Origin: Promethearchaeota archaeon
GTDB lineage: Archaea; Asgardarchaeota; Lokiarchaeia; Sigyniarchaeales; SOKP01
Length of the DNA: 64,000 nt
Assembly: GCA_019057865.1 (NCBI GenBank)
Contig: JAHLWP010000007.1
Span: 32,001-96,000 of the forward strand
Direction of reading: 5' to 3'
Shown: positions 59,580-64,000 of the stretch, piece by piece
How positions within the stretch are numbered: the first letter of the stretch is position 1
How the letters are laid out: every line of letters begins with the position of its first letter
The notes under the pieces: model-generated
What the model was told of the DNA's origin: nothing
What the model saw: the letters and a program-made list of their open reading frames with translations, nothing else
The model's database searches: none
Program-made: the position numbers and the translations under genes

Positions 59580-60668
59580 TTAAATTACTTCATAATTTAT
59601 ATACGATGGGTGCCCCTCTAATTGATCTAATAGCAATTTAAGATGAGTTAGATATTCATCTAGCGAAAGAGATTGATTCTTATACCTTTTAGTTATTCTT
59701 TCAAATATATAAAAAGGTGTAAATTTAATGAAATGGACATCCGAAAAACTATAAACAAAACCCTTTGCTTCATAAATAAATTGTTTCTCAATTAGTTCCG
59801 TAAATAGATCTTGTTTATTATTTAAAATATTCAAGGATTCATCTACAGAAAGTCTCTTTTTTCTTAACATTTTTAATAATGAAAAAACATCTTTATCTAC
59901 TATTACCGTTTGTAGAATTGTTTTATTCTCAATATCTGTCACAGAATCATAGTTTATAAAAAATTCAATCAACGCTTTCTTATACTTTCTTAAAACTTTC
60001 TCTTCTATTTGTTCATTTGGCAAATTCTTAGGAGGAATTCGTGTACAAGAAAGATCCTTTATTAAGAAATAACATTCTTTGATTCCAGGGATATTCTCTT
60101 TAATAATTAAGTTCTCTTGGATGAAAGAAATTAGTAATAAATCAATATTAATAGTCGAGAATCCATATTCTTGCCTTAAAATATTGGTTAATTCCAATTT
60201 AGATATTACACCATTTCTTAGAATCTCTAGAATAGTGAATTTTATTCTATCTTGGAAAAAGCTAATTAAGTTTTCTTCTTCATCTAATTTAGAATAATTA
60301 ATTATAGTATTAAATGCCTCAGAAATAGCACGAGTAATTTTATTAGTATTGATCAATTCTACTAAATTCCTACTAATAATTGCTAAGATATCAGGAGAAT
60401 CTTTTATAATATTTTCAAACATATTTTTTTTATTATAAACTAAAACTATAAAGTATATTTCACCTTCAAATTTTTGTATAATTGAAGTAAAATGGTAATT
60501 ACCCTCTTCATGAAGGAATTCTATTATTGAATTTTCTTTATTTAATTCATGCTTAGCCCAAATTTTCAAGAATAAATCTTTTGGAGGAAAAGACTTTTCT
60601 GGTGGATATTGGATTATAGGTTCTGGACCTGTTGATTTATTCCAATAAACCAAAATAATTCTTTCCAT
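59580..60668 (-). CDS. Longin/uDENN-like N-terminal domain plus winged-helix domains
   Basis: IILVYWNKSTGPEPIIQYP start and a beta2-alpha-beta3-alpha2 pattern; wHTH-like ILEILRNGVISKLELTNIL..FIQENLI and a second at LLKMLRKK..LIEKQFI. Confidence 0.6.
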   Translation of the reverse strand: MERIILVYWNKSTGPEPIIQYPPEKSFPPKDLFLKIWAKHELNKENSIIEFLHEEGNYHFTSIIQKFEGEIYFIVLVYNKKNMFENIIKDSPDILAIISRNLVELINTNKITRAISEAFNTIINYSKLDEEENLISFFQDRIKFTILEILRNGVISKLELTNILRQEYGFSTINIDLLLISFIQENLIIKENIPGIKECYFLIKDLSCTRIPPKNLPNEQIEEKVLRKYKKALIEFFINYDSVTDIENKTILQTVIVDKDVFSLLKMLRKKRLSVDESLNILNNKQDLFTELIEKQFIYEAKGFVYSFSDVHFIKFTPFYIFERITKRYKNQSLSLDEYLTHLKLLLDQLEGHPSYINYEVI

Positions 60669-60818
60669 ATTTAAATTATAACAATTATTCTATTAATTTT
60701 TATGTAATATACTTAAGATTACATAGTAATATAGTTTTGAATTAAATTAACTATTATATTCTAAATTATGTGTTTCCAATATTTTAAAAATAGATATGGT
60801 TTTCAAATAGAAATGAAT

Positions 60819-61070
60819 TTAAAAAAATTGAGGATAAGTTTGCTCTATTTTATCTAAAGTCAAAGTTAAGAAATTAAGTAAGTCCTTATTATTAGAAATG
60901 TTGATATTATCAATAACATTGTTTAATATTTGATTTCCAATTTTAATGTCATTCTCAGTAAATCCTTCTTTTTTATTTCTGAATAAATAATTGAATTCTT
61001 GTTCTAACCATATGAGTTCTTCTTTTATGGTATCTTCCAAAATTCTATTATAATTTTCATTAACACTCAT
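60819..61070 (-). CDS. Small hypothetical helical protein
   Basis: 83-aa ORF, codirectional with its neighbours. Confidence 0.65.
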   Translation of the reverse strand: MSVNENYNRILEDTIKEELIWLEQEFNYLFRNKKEGFTENDIKIGNQILNNVIDNINISNNKDLLNFLTLTLDKIEQTYPQFF

Positions 61071-61383
61071 TCTAAATCCATTCTGAAATTATATAATTAT
61101 TCATTCTTACTGCTTTATAAATTAAATAGTCTTCTAACTTATAAAATTTCTATGAATAACGTTTTTTTATAATAATGAAACGAACAATTATGAAACTCAT
61201 GAATTATTTATATATGAGATTTAATTCTTTAGTTTTTGTCTTATTATCCGATAGAATTAAATTAATTTTTTTTAAGAACTTACCAAAAGAGAGAAACGAT
61301 TAGGTAATATGAGGTATTAAATAAAATTAATATTAAATAGAATTAGAGATAATAAAGAAATATCATCGAAAAAAAGGAGGAGG

Positions 61384-62211
61384 ATGGTTAATATACCTAA
61401 AATAAAAGTTGACGATATTAATATTTATTATGAAATCTATGGAAATGGGGTTCCCCTTATTTTCATAATGGGACAGAGTGGTCATGTTAAGCATTTCAAG
61501 TCTTCTCTACTATTTCAAGACTTTGAAATATTGATTTTTAAAAAATTTAAGACAATAATTTTTGATAATAGAGGAATTGGACAAACAGATGATGGAGATA
61601 AGCAATATACCATAAAAATATTAGCTGATGATGTAGCAGGATTGTTAGATGCTTTAAAATTTGGGAAAGTGAATATAATAGGTTTTAGTATGGGAGGAAT
61701 GATTGCTCAAGAATTAATAATTAATTATCCTGAAAAAGTTGAGAAAGTAGTTATTGGTTCAACCCATTGTGGAAGACCGAAATATATCATGCCTTCAAAG
61801 GAGATCTTTTCTGGAAAATCTCCTTTCCAAGAAGGTGTATCTCCAGAACAAATAATAAAAAGCCAGATCCCACTTGTATATAACGAAGCTTTCATTAAAA
61901 CCCATCCGGATTCTATAGAGTCAATAATCCAAAACTATATTTCTCATCAAGTTCCTCTTGAAGTGCAACGTAAACAAATTAATGCTGTGTTAAGATTTAA
62001 GTCGCATAGAAGATTGAAAAATATTCAAGTTCCCACTTTAATTCTGCATGGAAAACAAGATCTTCTTGTTCCTCCTCAAAACGCAGAAATTTTGGCTGAT
62101 TTAATCCCGGGGGCAAAATTAAAATTATTTGAAAATAGCGGGCATGGTTTAGTTACTGAGCAAGCGGAAGCTGTCATGAATGCCATCATAGATTTTATGG
62201 GAACTCATTAA
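61384..62211 (+). CDS. Alpha/beta hydrolase
   Basis: FDNRGIG, GFSMGG, HGKQD and SGH motifs; strong GGAGGAGG Shine-Dalgarno. Confidence 0.93.
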   Translation: MVNIPKIKVDDINIYYEIYGNGVPLIFIMGQSGHVKHFKSSLLFQDFEILIFKKFKTIIFDNRGIGQTDDGDKQYTIKILADDVAGLLDALKFGKVNIIGFSMGGMIAQELIINYPEKVEKVVIGSTHCGRPKYIMPSKEIFSGKSPFQEGVSPEQIIKSQIPLVYNEAFIKTHPDSIESIIQNYISHQVPLEVQRKQINAVLRFKSHRRLKNIQVPTLILHGKQDLLVPPQNAEILADLIPGAKLKLFENSGHGLVTEQAEAVMNAIIDFMGTH

Positions 62212-62378
62212 ATTAAAAAAAATATAATCTTTAGTTTGTGTTAAATGTAAAAGGAGTTACCTCATTAAATGGTTTTGTTAAAAATGATAACCTAACTTTA
62301 ATAGAAATTAAATTCTATATAATATTTATTTAATCTAAAATCTTACAATTTAGCACAGAAATGTTGGATTGATGAAGA

Positions 62379-62813
62379 TTGAAAAGAATTTCTCGAAAGA
62401 TAATTGATGTGTTTTCATTAGGACATATAGTATTTGGATTAAATATAAACTCGTTTTTTATGTTATTTTTCCAATTCAATATAACCTACAAACAGGGAAT
62501 TGTTTTATCACCATTCAGTCTTTTGGTATTTATTGGATGGGAATTGATTGAGCATACATTTGTTTATAAATTTATTTACAGTCGGGTTCTAAAAAATTGG
62601 TCGGAAAGCAAAAAAAACTCATTAATGGATGTTGTAATCTCTGAAACTACATTCTACGTAGCTTTTTTAATTTTATACGTTTTAATTTATAATATTTTAG
62701 TTTCAATGGTCAATTTGGCTATTTCATTATCATTAATCCCAATTGTAGTTATAATCATAATAAAAAGTAACAAAAAGAATTTTTTCAATTTTGACAAAAC
62801 TGGAAAGCCTTAA
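62379..62813 (+). CDS. Small membrane protein with H..WELIE..NSLMD putative metal site
   Basis: SLGHIVFG, WELIEH and ESKKNSLMDVV motifs. Confidence 0.65.
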   Translation: MKRISRKIIDVFSLGHIVFGLNINSFFMLFFQFNITYKQGIVLSPFSLLVFIGWELIEHTFVYKFIYSRVLKNWSESKKNSLMDVVISETTFYVAFLILYVLIYNILVSMVNLAISLSLIPIVVIIIIKSNKKNFFNFDKTGKP

Positions 62814-62892
62814 ATATTTTTGAAATTATTTATTTATTTTAATCTTGGGAATAATTTTTAGAAATATTATTAATAAAAATTACTTTACTTTC

Positions 62893-63066
62893 TTAATCTT
62901 CTAATTCTTTAAAATAGTATCTCGTGATAATCTTTGAAAGCTCATAGATAGATTGCAAATTATTTGCATTTATTGCATTTTTCAGCTTTTCATATGCATC
63001 AGATAAACTCATAACAAAATTTTCCCTTAAATTATTTAATGGTATTATTTTTTCTTTTTCATTCAT
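62893..63066 (-). CDS. Possible 57-aa helical microprotein (not in the ORF track)
   Basis: MNEKEKIIPLNNLRENFVMSLSDAYEKLKNAINANNLQSIYELSKIITRYYFKELED, open across very AT-rich DNA. Confidence 0.4.
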   Translation of the reverse strand: MNEKEKIIPLNNLRENFVMSLSDAYEKLKNAINANNLQSIYELSKIITRYYFKELED

Positions 63067-63281
63067 ACGCTACTAATTATGATTAAAAATAAAAAATGGA
63101 GATAATATCTCAATAATATGGCATATGCTAAAAAATCCAAAAATTACGATTATTAATTCTTGAATTTTTTCTGAAATTCAAGGATAATAAAAAAAAAATA
63201 AACAGTTGTAAGTAATTTATAACTAGTAATATAGTATAAATTCTTAAAAACTGTTATTAACTTAGTTGATACTTTAAAATA

Positions 63282-63524
63282 TTACCGGAAGGTATCTCTC
63301 TTCATGCGTGGTCCCTTTTCAGTAATTCGTACATCTTTTGCTTGTTTGCCTTTTTGACCCTCAACTATTTCAAAATCAACTTTATCTCCTTCGTATAATG
63401 TTCTAAAACCACTTTCATCATCAAGAATGCCACTAAAATGGACAAAAATATCTTCGCCTTTATCGGAAGTAATGAATCCATATCCCTTCCGGCTATTAAA
63501 CCACTTTACAATTCCATTAACCAT
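63282..63524 (-). CDS. cspA: Cold-shock domain protein
   Basis: GIVKWFN..KGYGFI, DIFVHFS and GFRTLYEG motifs. Confidence 0.93.
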   Translation of the reverse strand: MVNGIVKWFNSRKGYGFITSDKGEDIFVHFSGILDDESGFRTLYEGDKVDFEIVEGQKGKQAKDVRITEKGPRMKRDTFR

Positions 63525-63689
63525 TATTGAAACCTATTAGAGTACATAATAATTAGTATTTATTGCTTCAAATTGAAACAACTAAACCCTTAACATTTTT
63601 CATTATAAATAACTTTATGGTTTTTTAAATCCATTAATATTAAATTTAATCTGTAAAAGAGAGATCTAATAGATAAATTCTTTTATATC

Positions 63690-64000
63690 TTATCTTTTTT
63701 TCTCTAAATACTTAATAAGGATATAATAGAGAATAAACATTAATACAAGAACACCTAAAATGATTAATAATATAATATTGAAATAAATAGATTGTTCCTG
63801 AAGTGCTCCAGGAGGTAATGTATCGAAATCAATTGGTAGGGAAAGGCTATACTTACTAAAAAATAAAGATCCTAGTAATGCATAAAAAAAAGCCCTAAAA
63901 ATTGAACCTATTAAAGTCCCTATTGAATATTTTTTTATGTCAATATCGACTAAGCCTGAAGTGTAAGATATAACATCAAAAGGGATAAAAGGAATAAAAC
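63690..64000 (-). CDS. 3' end of a DedA/VTT (TVP38/TMEM64) family membrane protein; partial
   Basis: FIPFIPFDVISYTSGLVDIDIKKYSIGTLIGSIFRAFFYALLG...KYLEKKR, stop at 63692-63690. Confidence 0.8.
   Translation of the reverse strand, partial: FIPFIPFDVISYTSGLVDIDIKKYSIGTLIGSIFRAFFYALLGSLFFSKYSLSLPIDFDTLPPGALQEQSIYFNIILLIILGVLVLMFILYYILIKYLEKKR

Noticed and set aside
880-60297. Short overlapping ORFs in the track (e.g. 880..1074, 2584..2895, 3552..3833, 8415..8627, 16072..16392, 26813..27127, 42100..42453, 59198..59545)
   Set aside because: They are antisense or alternate-frame shadows of well-supported genes and lack recognisable motifs.
1-64000. CRISPR array, rRNA or tRNA genes
   Set aside because: No regularly spaced repeats and no GC-rich structured blocks of suitable size were seen by eye. 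A dedicated scan was not possible.

Overview
Very AT-rich archaeal chromosome segment whose gene content indicates an Asgard archaeon, most likely Lokiarchaeia: Cdc6/Orc1, XerA, HdrA-MvhD/HdrBC, a Rab-like GTPase, a gelsolin-domain protein, a longin/uDENN-like protein and GAGGTGA Shine-Dalgarno sites. About 60 protein-coding genes are supported, many as tandem paralog pairs. I saw no rRNA, tRNA or CRISPR array. All family assignments come from motif recognition by eye, not database searches. Most notable observations: (1) a candidate gene-replacing homing element, in which a two-gene cassette encoding an 874-aa Zn-finger/HTH/HNH protein sits between an intact sugar-isomerase gene and a displaced, diverged, stop-free copy of that gene's 3' part; (2) two paralogous coiled-coil genes that both appear to start at ATT, 7 nt after a GAGGTGA site; (3) a 28-bp 11-6-11 dif-like palindrome over the xerA promoter, directly ahead of cdc6; (4) eukaryote-like proteins: a vWA plus C4HC3 RING/PHD pair, an IFT52-like GIFT-domain protein and an NPRL2-like longin-winged-helix protein; (5) a thioredoxin reductase paralog lacking CxxC beside the canonical enzyme; (6) a collapsed, fused remnant of the homocysteine-synthesis gene pair.
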